40,233 nt of DNA from Chitinophagaceae bacterium (GTDB taxonomy: Bacteria; Bacteroidota; Bacteroidia; Chitinophagales; Chitinophagaceae), in contig JAICPX010000001.1 in the NCBI GenBank assembly GCA_025929635.1, positions 1-40,233 on the forward strand. Direction: 5' to 3'. Positions 33,992 to 40,233 of this stretch are shown piece by piece (position 1 is the first letter of the stretch; each line of letters starts with the position of its first letter). A program made the translations under genes and the position numbers. A model generated the notes under the pieces. The model had not been told where the DNA came from, ran no database searches, and saw only the letters and a list, made by a program, of their open reading frames with translations.

Positions 33992-34507
33992 ATGAAAAAG
34001 ATATTACTTGTCGTTTGCGGTTTATGGCTTGCTTCATTTGCAGCCAATGCCCAGGGTAGATATGCCATTATTGATACAAAGTATATCCTTGATAAAATGC
34101 CTGAATACAAAGAGGCACAAAAAAAGTTGGATGACTTTGCCCAGGTTTGGCAAAAAGAGATTGATGATCAACAGGCCGAATTGGATAAAATGTATCGTGA
34201 TTTTGAAGCCGAGCAGGTAATGCTGAGCGAGGAGCTCAAGAAAAAAAGAGAAGATCAGTTGTTCAATAAGGAAAAAGCACTGCGTGATCTTCAGCGTAAA
34301 CGCTTTGGTTTTGAAGGCGATCTGTTCAAGAAAAGACAAGAGCTTGTAAAGCCGGTCCAGGACAAGGTTTACAATGCAATTCAGAAAATGGCAGTAGCCC
34401 GCAGCTACGATTTTATTTTAGATAAAAGTGAGGGAATTACCGTTATCTTTGCCGACCCAAAATTGGACAAGAGTGAAGATGTGTTAAGGGAATTGGGAAT
34501 AAGGTAA
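33992..34507 (+). CDS. OmpH/Skp family periplasmic chaperone
   Basis: 171 aa with a signal peptide and a coiled-coil rich in K/E/Q. It begins with an IIDTKYIL-type motif and follows bamA. Confidence 0.75.
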   Translation: MKKILLVVCGLWLASFAANAQGRYAIIDTKYILDKMPEYKEAQKKLDDFAQVWQKEIDDQQAELDKMYRDFEAEQVMLSEELKKKREDQLFNKEKALRDLQRKRFGFEGDLFKKRQELVKPVQDKVYNAIQKMAVARSYDFILDKSEGITVIFADPKLDKSEDVLRELGIR

Positions 34508-34601
34508 ACTAATATCCGGCAGCCAAAATATGTTAAAGATTTCTGAAGAGGCAACTTTGACCCGCAGAAAATACTCATAAAAAAACAATAACGTAATCAA
34601 A

Positions 34602-35165
34602 ATGAAAAAGATCATTGCAATTTTTGTGTTGGCTGCCGGTCTGGTTAGTGGCACTACTCATGCCCAAACTAAATTCGGGTTCATTCGGGTTGATGAGATG
34701 GTGTCATATATGCCTGAACTAAAAAAGATCGATACTCAACTGGTTGTTTATCAAAATGATTCATTGCCCAGGACATATAACTACCTGCTAGGCCAATACA
34801 GGTATTACGACAGCATTGCATTAGATTCAGTTCGTCAAACTGCAATAGTTCGTCAGCAGGCTTCCAATCAAAGAGCTGAATTTTTGGTTGAGTTACAAAA
34901 TTGGCAATCCACAGCACAGCAATTGATCGAAGCAAAACAAAACTCCCTTTTACAGCCAGTATATGATAAAGTATTAAAAGCGATCGACGAAGTAGCAAAA
35001 GAAAAAGGTTATGGCTACGTGTTCAACAGGGAAGCACTATTGGTAGGGCCGCCGGCAGACAACATGCTGCAGATGGTGGCGGATAAATTAAAAGTCAAAC
35101 TGCCCACTGCTCCTGCAAATCAGACTTCGACGCAACAAAAACCGCCTGCAAAAACAGGCAACTAA
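34602..35165 (+). CDS. OmpH/Skp family periplasmic chaperone (second copy)
   Basis: 187 aa with a signal peptide. FGFIRVDEMV and a coiled-coil, plus a Q/P/T-rich tail. Tandem with the previous gene. Confidence 0.7.
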   Translation: MKKIIAIFVLAAGLVSGTTHAQTKFGFIRVDEMVSYMPELKKIDTQLVVYQNDSLPRTYNYLLGQYRYYDSIALDSVRQTAIVRQQASNQRAEFLVELQNWQSTAQQLIEAKQNSLLQPVYDKVLKAIDEVAKEKGYGYVFNREALLVGPPADNMLQMVADKLKVKLPTAPANQTSTQQKPPAKTGN

Positions 35166-35185
35166 TTTTTCAAAACAAATACTTG

Positions 35186-35222
35186 AAAGAGGCTATTGGA
35201 CCCAATGGCCTCTTTTATTTTT
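35186..35222 (+). terminator. Intrinsic terminator overlapping the murI promoter
   Basis: AAAGAGGCTATTGG...CCAATGGCCTCTTT stem followed by TATTTTT. Confidence 0.6.
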
Positions 35223-35223
35223 G
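35216..35223 (+). promoter_or_regulatory. -7 promoter box TAttTTTG
   Basis: Perfect TAnnTTTG ending 4 nt before the ATG at 35228. Confidence 0.55.
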
Positions 35224-35227
35224 CAAT

Positions 35228-36067
35228 ATGTCTTCACTCACACCGATCGGGATTTTTGATTCAGGCTATGGTGGCTTAACAGTGATGCGTGAGATCGTAA
35301 CAAGGCTTCCCCGCTACGATTATATTTATCTTGGTGATAATGCAAGGGCCCCTTACGGGCCACGGTCGTTTGAAACGGTCTATCGTTATACGTTGCAATG
35401 CGTAAAATGGTTTTTTGCCCGGGGCTGTCCATTGGTTGTACTTGCCTGCAATACGGCTTCGGCAAAAGCATTAAGAACAATTCAACAAAATGATCTGCCC
35501 CGGATCGATCCGCAGAAAAGAGTGTTGGGTGTAATAAGACCAACAACAGAAGTGATCGGTAATTACTCCGGTTCAAAGCATATAGGAATACTCGCCACAG
35601 CAGGGACAGTTAGTTCGAATAGTTATGTGATCGAGATAGAAAAGTTCTTTCCGGAAGTGCAGGTATTTCAACAGGCTTGTCCTATGTGGGTACCGCTGAT
35701 TGAGAATGAAGAATACGATACACACGGCGCTGATTTTTTTGTAAAGAAGTACATTAATGAATTGCTTGACCAGTCGCCAACGATTGATACCATTTTGTTG
35801 GCATGTACACATTACCCTATAATGCATGATAAGATCAGGGAATTCACACCGGCCGATATCCGGATATTGTCGCAGGGAGAACTTGTAGCAGATAGCCTTG
35901 CTGATTATTTGTCCCGCCATCCTGAAATAGAAAAGAAATTGACCCTGGGCGGCAGCCACCATTTTTTTACAACGGACTCCACCATGGATTTTGATGCACA
36001 TGCGGCTAACTTTTATGGCGCATCGATTAGAAGCCGGCATGTGGATGTTGAGGATCAAAAACTCTGA
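35228..36067 (+). CDS. murI: Glutamate racemase
   Basis: Motifs GIFDSGYGGLTV, LACNTASA, LACTHYP. The ATG at 35228 is preferred over the tracked TTG at 35183, which lies inside the terminator. Confidence 0.9.
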   Translation: MSSLTPIGIFDSGYGGLTVMREIVTRLPRYDYIYLGDNARAPYGPRSFETVYRYTLQCVKWFFARGCPLVVLACNTASAKALRTIQQNDLPRIDPQKRVLGVIRPTTEVIGNYSGSKHIGILATAGTVSSNSYVIEIEKFFPEVQVFQQACPMWVPLIENEEYDTHGADFFVKKYINELLDQSPTIDTILLACTHYPIMHDKIREFTPADIRILSQGELVADSLADYLSRHPEIEKKLTLGGSHHFFTTDSTMDFDAHAANFYGASIRSRHVDVEDQKL

Positions 36068-36160
36068 TGTTCAGGGAACTGGATGAGGACTCTGCCTTCG
36101 CTCAGTGCAGGCATCCTGTCGCAGGAAAAGCCTGATAAGTTTACAAAAGATGGCGTCATA

Positions 36161-36195
36161 AAATCTCAAATCTGAAATCTAAAATCTGCAATCCA
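36161..36195. repeat. Heptamer tandem repeat AAATCTN x4-5
   Basis: AAATCTC AAATCTG AAATCTA AAATCTG CAATCCA read directly. The array ends 5 nt before the rpmH -7 box, so it covers the expected -33 region. Confidence 0.75.
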
Positions 36196-36200
36196 AACCC

Positions 36201-36208
36201 TACCTTTG
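36201..36208 (+). promoter_or_regulatory. -7 promoter box TAccTTTG
   Basis: Perfect TAnnTTTG, 114 nt upstream of the rpmH ATG. Confidence 0.5.
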
Positions 36209-36322
36209 CCGTCCTTTCATCGATCCCGCCTCAGGCGGGAGGAAGTGGTTTTCTCGTTGGAATAAAATAACCCAATTATTCTCGCCGAAGGCGGGATATT
36301 CTAAAAGGAAAAAATTAAGATT

Positions 36323-36487
36323 ATGCCAGGTAAAAAAAGAACCTATCAGCCCCATAAGCGTCGCCGCAAATCGGTTCATGGCTTTCGCAAGCGCATGAAG
36401 ACTGCAGACGGCCGTAAAGTATTATCAGCCCGCCGCAGAAAAGGCCGTAAGAAACTTTCGGTTTCTGACGAAAGAGGAGCGAAGTAA
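36323..36487 (+). CDS. rpmH: 50S ribosomal protein L34
   Basis: Not in the ORF track (54 aa). My translation is [54 protein letters not shown], the canonical L34 sequence. It lies upstream of rnpA. Confidence 0.9.
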   Translation: MPGKKRTYQPHKRRRKSVHGFRKRMKTADGRKVLSARRRKGRKKLSVSDERGAK

Positions 36488-36552
36488 GACCCGGCCCCTC
36501 TAAATCTCTCCGCCACAGGCGGTAGACGTTGTGAAGCCCCTGTATAATTTGA

Positions 36553-36588
36553 ATAGTCCTGATATTTCAGGGCTATTTTGATTTTTTA
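36553..36588 (+). terminator. Intrinsic terminator after rpmH
   Basis: ATAGTCCTG / CAGGGCTAT stem (one G-U pair) followed by TTTTGATTTTTT. Confidence 0.65.
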
Positions 36589-36621
36589 GATAATCTTGTA
36601 AATCCCTGCCGGCAGGCAGGT

Positions 36622-37071
36622 GTGTTATCTGTGAGCAAACAATTTACACTTGGAAAAAATGAGCGGCTAAAGAGCAGGAAGCAAATTGAAAAGCTTTTTG
36701 GTGAAGGGAAAAGTTTTGTTGTTGGCCCTTTCAGAATTTATTATCTGACACAAGGAATGCTCAATTCTCAATACTCTCCAAAGGAGTCCTTTCGGACAAT
36801 GTTCAATGTTCAATTTGGTGTTGGCGTTAGTGCTAAGAATTTCAAAAGAGCTGTTGATCGTAATCGTATCAAGCGATTGACAAGAGAAGCCTGGCGTTTG
36901 CAGAAAAATGCATTAAAGGAGTTAGTGAGAGGATCAAACAAACAGCTGCATGTTTTTTTTATTTATACGGGCAAAGAGCTTCCTGATTTTGTAACAGTAA
37001 AAGATAAAGTGGCCGTAGCTTTGAAAAAGTTATCAGCTAAAGTGAATGAAAACGATCCTGCAAATTCTTAG
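36622..37071 (+). CDS. rnpA: Ribonuclease P protein component
   Basis: [19 protein letters not shown] and [11 protein letters not shown] motifs. There is no ATG upstream of the conserved N-terminus, so the start must be a GTG at 36622 or 36631. Confidence 0.8.
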   Translation: MLSVSKQFTLGKNERLKSRKQIEKLFGEGKSFVVGPFRIYYLTQGMLNSQYSPKESFRTMFNVQFGVGVSAKNFKRAVDRNRIKRLTREAWRLQKNALKELVRGSNKQLHVFFIYTGKELPDFVTVKDKVAVALKKLSAKVNENDPANS

Positions 37072-37276
37072 TTTACCTTTCATTGCATTGATAAAAATTT
37101 ATCAGTGGATCATTTCTCCTATACTTGGTCCCAAATGTCGTTTTACGCCAACTTGCTCGCATTATGCCGCAGAAGCATTAAAAAAGCACGGGGTATTTAA
37201 AGGTATGTGGTTGGCGATAAAAAGAATTTCACGTTGCCATCCATGGGGTGGTAGTGGATATGATCCTGTGCCATGA
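37046..37276 (+). CDS. yidD: Membrane protein insertion efficiency factor YidD
   Basis: 76 aa with [29 protein letters not shown] and [13 protein letters not shown]. Overlaps the rnpA 3' end by 26 nt. Confidence 0.85.
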   Translation: MKTILQILSLPFIALIKIYQWIISPILGPKCRFTPTCSHYAAEALKKHGVFKGMWLAIKRISRCHPWGGSGYDPVP

Positions 37277-37293
37277 TGGACCATTCCGGTTGC

Positions 37294-37926
37294 TCATCTT
37301 TCAAAACTTAATCTTTTCCCAAACACAATCCCATAGTAAGTAATAACGTCACCGTTTGTATCATTTTGAAATCCGGCTTTAGCTCCCAGCATCCATTGCC
37401 TGGTAGTGACAAAGGCATAGGAAAGGCCGACAGTATACCCAACAGTGAAAATGTTTTGTCTTTCTTCATGTCTGAAAGTGAACACGGGTTCCGGGTAATT
37501 GATGGCCGGCGGAAATGTAACGCCGTATTGACCCGGAAGGGATGAGGATTGATACCGAACAAATGATCCACCCTGGGCTTTTAAAATGTGATTTGGTTGG
37601 TTTAGGAATGCGAATCCCAGTTTGCCTCCCGCCTGTAAGCCTGCCGTGCCATATCGAAGTGAGGCATCATAAGATTGGCTGGGAGAATTTAGAAAGAGTC
37701 CAAACGAGCCCCAATGCATGGTTGAAGTAATGTTGCCGGAAATTTCCAGTTTTCTATCAACGAAATGTCCGTATTCAGCGGTAAAACAAATGCCGGATAA
37801 ATCCCCTGTTCCGTGAAACGACCTTCCAAAGTAAAGATTGAAATTGTTTTTCAAATTTTTTTGGGCCAGGCCATCCGCAGAAATGGAAATGAATACAAAT
37901 AGCATGATTGGTAAATTTTTTCTCAT
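37294..37926 (-). CDS. Hypothetical outer-membrane beta-barrel-like protein
   Basis: The internal ATG at 37926 gives the signal peptide MRKNLPIMLFVFISISADGLAQ. The body has an alternating aromatic/glycine beta pattern. The longer tracked ORF runs through the DoxX terminator. Confidence 0.45.
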   Translation of the reverse strand: MRKNLPIMLFVFISISADGLAQKNLKNNFNLYFGRSFHGTGDLSGICFTAEYGHFVDRKLEISGNITSTMHWGSFGLFLNSPSQSYDASLRYGTAGLQAGGKLGFAFLNQPNHILKAQGGSFVRYQSSSLPGQYGVTFPPAINYPEPVFTFRHEERQNIFTVGYTVGLSYAFVTTRQWMLGAKAGFQNDTNGDVITYYGIVFGKRLSFER

Positions 37927-37981
37927 AAGAAGGTTTTTAAGGTAACCAGTCAAGGTAATACGAAAGCCGTTAAAGAAAAAT

Positions 37982-38004
37982 AAAAAAACCGCCACCAGGG
38001 CGGT
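37982..38004 (-). terminator. Intrinsic terminator
   Basis: ACCGCC / GGCGGT stem. On the minus strand it is followed by TTTTTTTA, 25 nt downstream of the DoxX stop. Confidence 0.7.
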
Positions 38005-38028
38005 AATTAATTTCATGGAGTTGAATTG

Positions 38029-38472
38029 TTAGCTTTTCTTTTGCAAAGCATGATCAATTGACCATCTCCCGGCGCCACTGACTAATAATGCTACGGCAAT
38101 TCCGATCACCAATAAATGATATTCGAAGCCTTCCCCTTTAAGATTTCCGGACCAGTTCATAAAGAATCCGTTTGATAGATGACTGGTAAAAATAATGCCG
38201 GCAAATAATGAGATAATACCAATTGCCACAATCCTGGTCGCAAATCCGAATATCAATGCAATAGCGCCGAAGAATTCAATTGCAATTACCAGGAATGCAA
38301 TTATCGAGGGTAAACCCGCAGTGTCAGTAAGAAATGCCATGGTTCCGTTAAAACCGTATCCGCCAAACCAGCCAAGCATTTTTTGGGCGCCATGCGGGAA
38401 TAGTATCAATCCAAGCACTATCCTGAGAATAGTTGCTGTATTGTTTTCGTCTGTTTGAAATATTTTTTTCAT
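38029..38472 (-). CDS. DoxX family membrane protein
   Basis: 147 aa with four TM segments. ILRIVLGLILFPHGAQKMLGWFGG is the typical DoxX N-terminal motif. Confidence 0.8.
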   Translation of the reverse strand: MKKIFQTDENNTATILRIVLGLILFPHGAQKMLGWFGGYGFNGTMAFLTDTAGLPSIIAFLVIAIEFFGAIALIFGFATRIVAIGIISLFAGIIFTSHLSNGFFMNWSGNLKGEGFEYHLLVIGIAVALLVSGAGRWSIDHALQKKS

Positions 38473-38493
38473 GATTCTTTACTTGAGTGAAGA

Positions 38494-38847
38494 TTAATTT
38501 CCATAAAAGAATTGTTCTTTCACGATCTTACCATCCTTCCAGTATTGCACTGAAACTTGTGTGTATTTGCGAACTCCCCAGTCTTTGTGTGTATAATCAT
38601 AATGCCATTTTACATAGCTTATATTCTCACCGATAGCGACATCTAATGGTTTTGCTCCGCGGAACTCGGTGATGTTACCAAAGAATTCTATTTCTCTTTG
38701 TCGATTCGCTTCTTTTCCAACGGTAGCGGGGTTCTCATTTTCCTGCATGACTACTTCATCATCATAATACAATTCAAAACCTTCCAGGGCTTTGCCTTCG
38801 AGGATCAGTTGATTCAAATGATTGATTTTTTCTTTGATCGTTTGCAT
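38494..38847 (-). CDS. SnoaL-like / NTF2 superfamily protein
   Basis: 117 aa. The size and the pattern (N-terminal helix, YYDDEVVMQEN, C-terminal WKDGKIVKEQFFY) are typical of SnoaL-like proteins. Confidence 0.55.
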   Translation of the reverse strand: MQTIKEKINHLNQLILEGKALEGFELYYDDEVVMQENENPATVGKEANRQREIEFFGNITEFRGAKPLDVAIGENISYVKWHYDYTHKDWGVRKYTQVSVQYWKDGKIVKEQFFYGN

Positions 38848-38928
38848 AACTTTTTATTTAGGATGTAAAATTGCAACGATCGGACACCATCTCCATTGAT
38901 GCAGGAGAAGAAACAGGCTTGATGTATG

Positions 38929-39522
38929 TTAAGCTCTTTTCTTGTTGTTCCTGATGTAGTTGCTGCGGATGCGACTAAGCGATTCGGGCGTGATACCAAG
39001 ATAGCTTGCGATCTGCTTTAATGGTAATCGCTTTTCCATATTGGGGTACTTTGTAATAAAAGTGCAATAGCGTTCATCGGCTGGCTGACTAAGACTGCCG
39101 ATTATTCTTTCCTGCATTGAAACAAAAGCATTTTGTAAAAGCAGTCGGAAGAATCTCTCAAATTTTGGCACTTTGATGTACAATTCTTCCAATGCCGACC
39201 TTTCAAGGCAAAGCAGTTCTGTGTCTTCTAATGCATCGATAGTATAACGAGCCGGCTGTTGTGTTAAAAAACTATACATATCACCCGTCCACCAGTCTTC
39301 GATCGAGAATTGTACAATATGCTCCAGCCCTTTTTCATCGATAGTATAGGTGCGAAGACAACCTTTATTTACGAAATAATCGTAGCGGACAATATCACCT
39401 TCCTGCACCAGGTACTGCTTCTTTCTTAATTTTTTTAGTTTAAGCAATGATGTAAAATAATGCTCTTCTTCAGGAGTAAGCGTAATAAAACGTGCAATAT
39501 TTTTAAGGATCAGTTCGTACAT
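38929..39522 (-). CDS. Crp/Fnr family transcriptional regulator
   Basis: 197 aa with an N-terminal cNMP-binding beta-roll (LVQEGDIVRYDYFVNKGCLR) and a C-terminal HTH (LPLKQIASYLGITPESLSRIR). Confidence 0.8.
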   Translation of the reverse strand: MYELILKNIARFITLTPEEEHYFTSLLKLKKLRKKQYLVQEGDIVRYDYFVNKGCLRTYTIDEKGLEHIVQFSIEDWWTGDMYSFLTQQPARYTIDALEDTELLCLERSALEELYIKVPKFERFFRLLLQNAFVSMQERIIGSLSQPADERYCTFITKYPNMEKRLPLKQIASYLGITPESLSRIRSNYIRNNKKRA

Positions 39523-39545
39523 TCAATTTATTTTAAAAGTTAATG

Positions 39546-39556
39546 TCACATTGTGA
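39546..39556. promoter_or_regulatory. Palindrome TCACA-T-TGTGA between the promoter box and the Crp/Fnr start
   Basis: An 11-nt perfect palindrome read directly. It lies 4 nt downstream (in transcription sense) of the TAccTTTG box. Confidence 0.35.
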
Positions 39557-39559
39557 TCT

Positions 39560-39567
39560 CAAAGGTA
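39560..39567 (-). promoter_or_regulatory. -7 promoter box TAccTTTG
   Basis: Perfect TAnnTTTG on the minus strand, 38 nt upstream of the ATG at 39522. Confidence 0.55.
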
Positions 39568-39582
39568 GAATTAGATTTTGTC

Positions 39583-40179
39583 TTACCATAGGTCATCATT
39601 GTTTGCATAGATGATATTTATCGTTCCGTCTTTGATCAATGCCGCATTATCCTGTACGATTTTAATCAGTTTCCTGGCTCCTGCGGGATGCAATTTTTTG
39701 TTCCAATGAACGATGACTGTGTAATCAAATGCTGAAAACCCGGTTGTGTCGATTGACTCATTTGCAAAGGTCTTTATGAATAATAAATGTTTATTAAGGA
39801 AGAGAATGTCATCCAGGGGAGCGACCGACTTAGGTACAAATGACGCAAAGGCATTTGCCTTATTCCAATTAAAATCTTCGTCACCCTCACTTGCATAGCA
39901 GTTTATATGAAAAGACACCAATTTGCCTGACCGGTCATAATATGCAGCCTGTATCGGTTGATAATGATTTTTTATTTGATCGGCCAGCAGTGAGGTGTCT
40001 AAAGTAAAAAGATAACGTACAAAGCTTTTGTCAAGTTTAAACGTTTTGTCTTTTGGAAGATTAAATTCCTGTCTTAGTTCTTCAAGTTCATGGGTTGAAA
40101 GTAAGTGTTCACCCTGGTTGTTGCAGGAGGAAATCAGCACTAACGAACTGATAATCGATATTAAAATGTTTAGCTGCAA
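39583..40179 (-). CDS. Hypothetical lipoprotein
   Basis: 198-aa ORF with a lipobox-like LVLISSC. The tracked start is a TTG, and the frame stays open to the window edge (40233), so the 5' end is uncertain. Confidence 0.4.
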   Translation of the reverse strand: MQLNILISIISSLVLISSCNNQGEHLLSTHELEELRQEFNLPKDKTFKLDKSFVRYLFTLDTSLLADQIKNHYQPIQAAYYDRSGKLVSFHINCYASEGDEDFNWNKANAFASFVPKSVAPLDDILFLNKHLLFIKTFANESIDTTGFSAFDYTVIVHWNKKLHPAGARKLIKIVQDNAALIKDGTINIIYANNDDLW

Positions 40180-40233
40180 GGTCTCGCTATCAGGTGAATT
40201 TAAAAATAAAACCGTCCGGGTTTTTCCAGGACG

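Noticed and set aside
35238-36058. Antisense ORFs of 112 and 161 aa inside murI. Similar antisense ORFs occur inside tatC (8284-8697), the metalloprotease (10391-10780), murA (17769-18618), bamA, skp and others.
   Set aside because: Each lies wholly inside a well-supported conserved gene on the other strand. They have odd composition and no upstream promoter box or terminator, which is typical of spurious six-frame ORFs.
37927-38016. N-terminal 30-aa extension of the 240-aa ORF (tracked start at 38016).
   Set aside because: The extension contains the DoxX intrinsic terminator (37982-38004). The internal ATG at 37926 gives a proper signal peptide.
1-40233. Mobile elements, prophage remnants, defence systems (RM, TA, Cas, abortive infection), secretion systems or biosynthetic clusters.
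   Set aside because: No integrase, transposase, recombinase, phage structural, nuclease/methylase, toxin-antitoxin-like pair or PKS/NRPS-like gene was recognisable in any frame. The window is dominated by housekeeping and envelope genes. No tRNA-like T-arm (GGTTCGAATCC type) and no rRNA signatures were seen either.

Overview
This 40.2 kb window reads as a core chromosomal segment of a Bacteroidota genome, probably Chitinophagia or Sphingobacteriia. The support is gene order (murA-DUF4290; CBS-POTRA OMP-nadK...uppS-bamA-skp-skp-murI; rpmH-rnpA-yidD), twelve perfect TAnnTTTG -7 promoter boxes correctly placed upstream of genes, and the absence of Shine-Dalgarno leaders. Genes run mostly on the minus strand up to 19.4 kb: a DUF2911 pair, acpH, M28 peptidase, rpiB, tatC, an 869-aa Zn metalloprotease, a CNNM/GldE-like gene, gmk, an ECF42-like sigma factor with its YciI partner, an APC permease, murA and DUF4290. 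From 20 to 37.3 kb they run on the plus strand, followed by a minus-strand Crp/Fnr-SnoaL-DoxX cluster. I found no rRNA, tRNA, CRISPR array, transposase, integrase or recognisable defence or secretion operon, so I cannot honestly name a multi-gene novel system. Five things deserve a second look. (1) A set of intergenic hairpin elements is built from 7- or 9-nt short tandem repeats paired with inverted copies. They occur at eight loci, usually abutting stop codons. (2) A roughly 190-nt structured region with its own strong intrinsic terminator sits in the divergent 19.4-20.1 kb intergenic region. It is a candidate sRNA, because a separate promoter box for DUF4290 lies downstream of that terminator. 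(3) Two otherwise intact conserved genes each carry a single same-frame stop codon: TGA in the CNNM/GldE-like gene and TAA in the ECF42-like sigma. They lie 1.7 kb apart. (4) A secreted protein consists of about ten DRREDxR heptads. (5) Two AT-rich orphan zinc-ribbon genes are present, plus a small islet (K+ channel with a C-terminal Zn ribbon, GlsB, DUF2541-like) inserted into the conserved nadK-uppS cluster. All product calls rest on motifs I recognise by eye; no database search was run.
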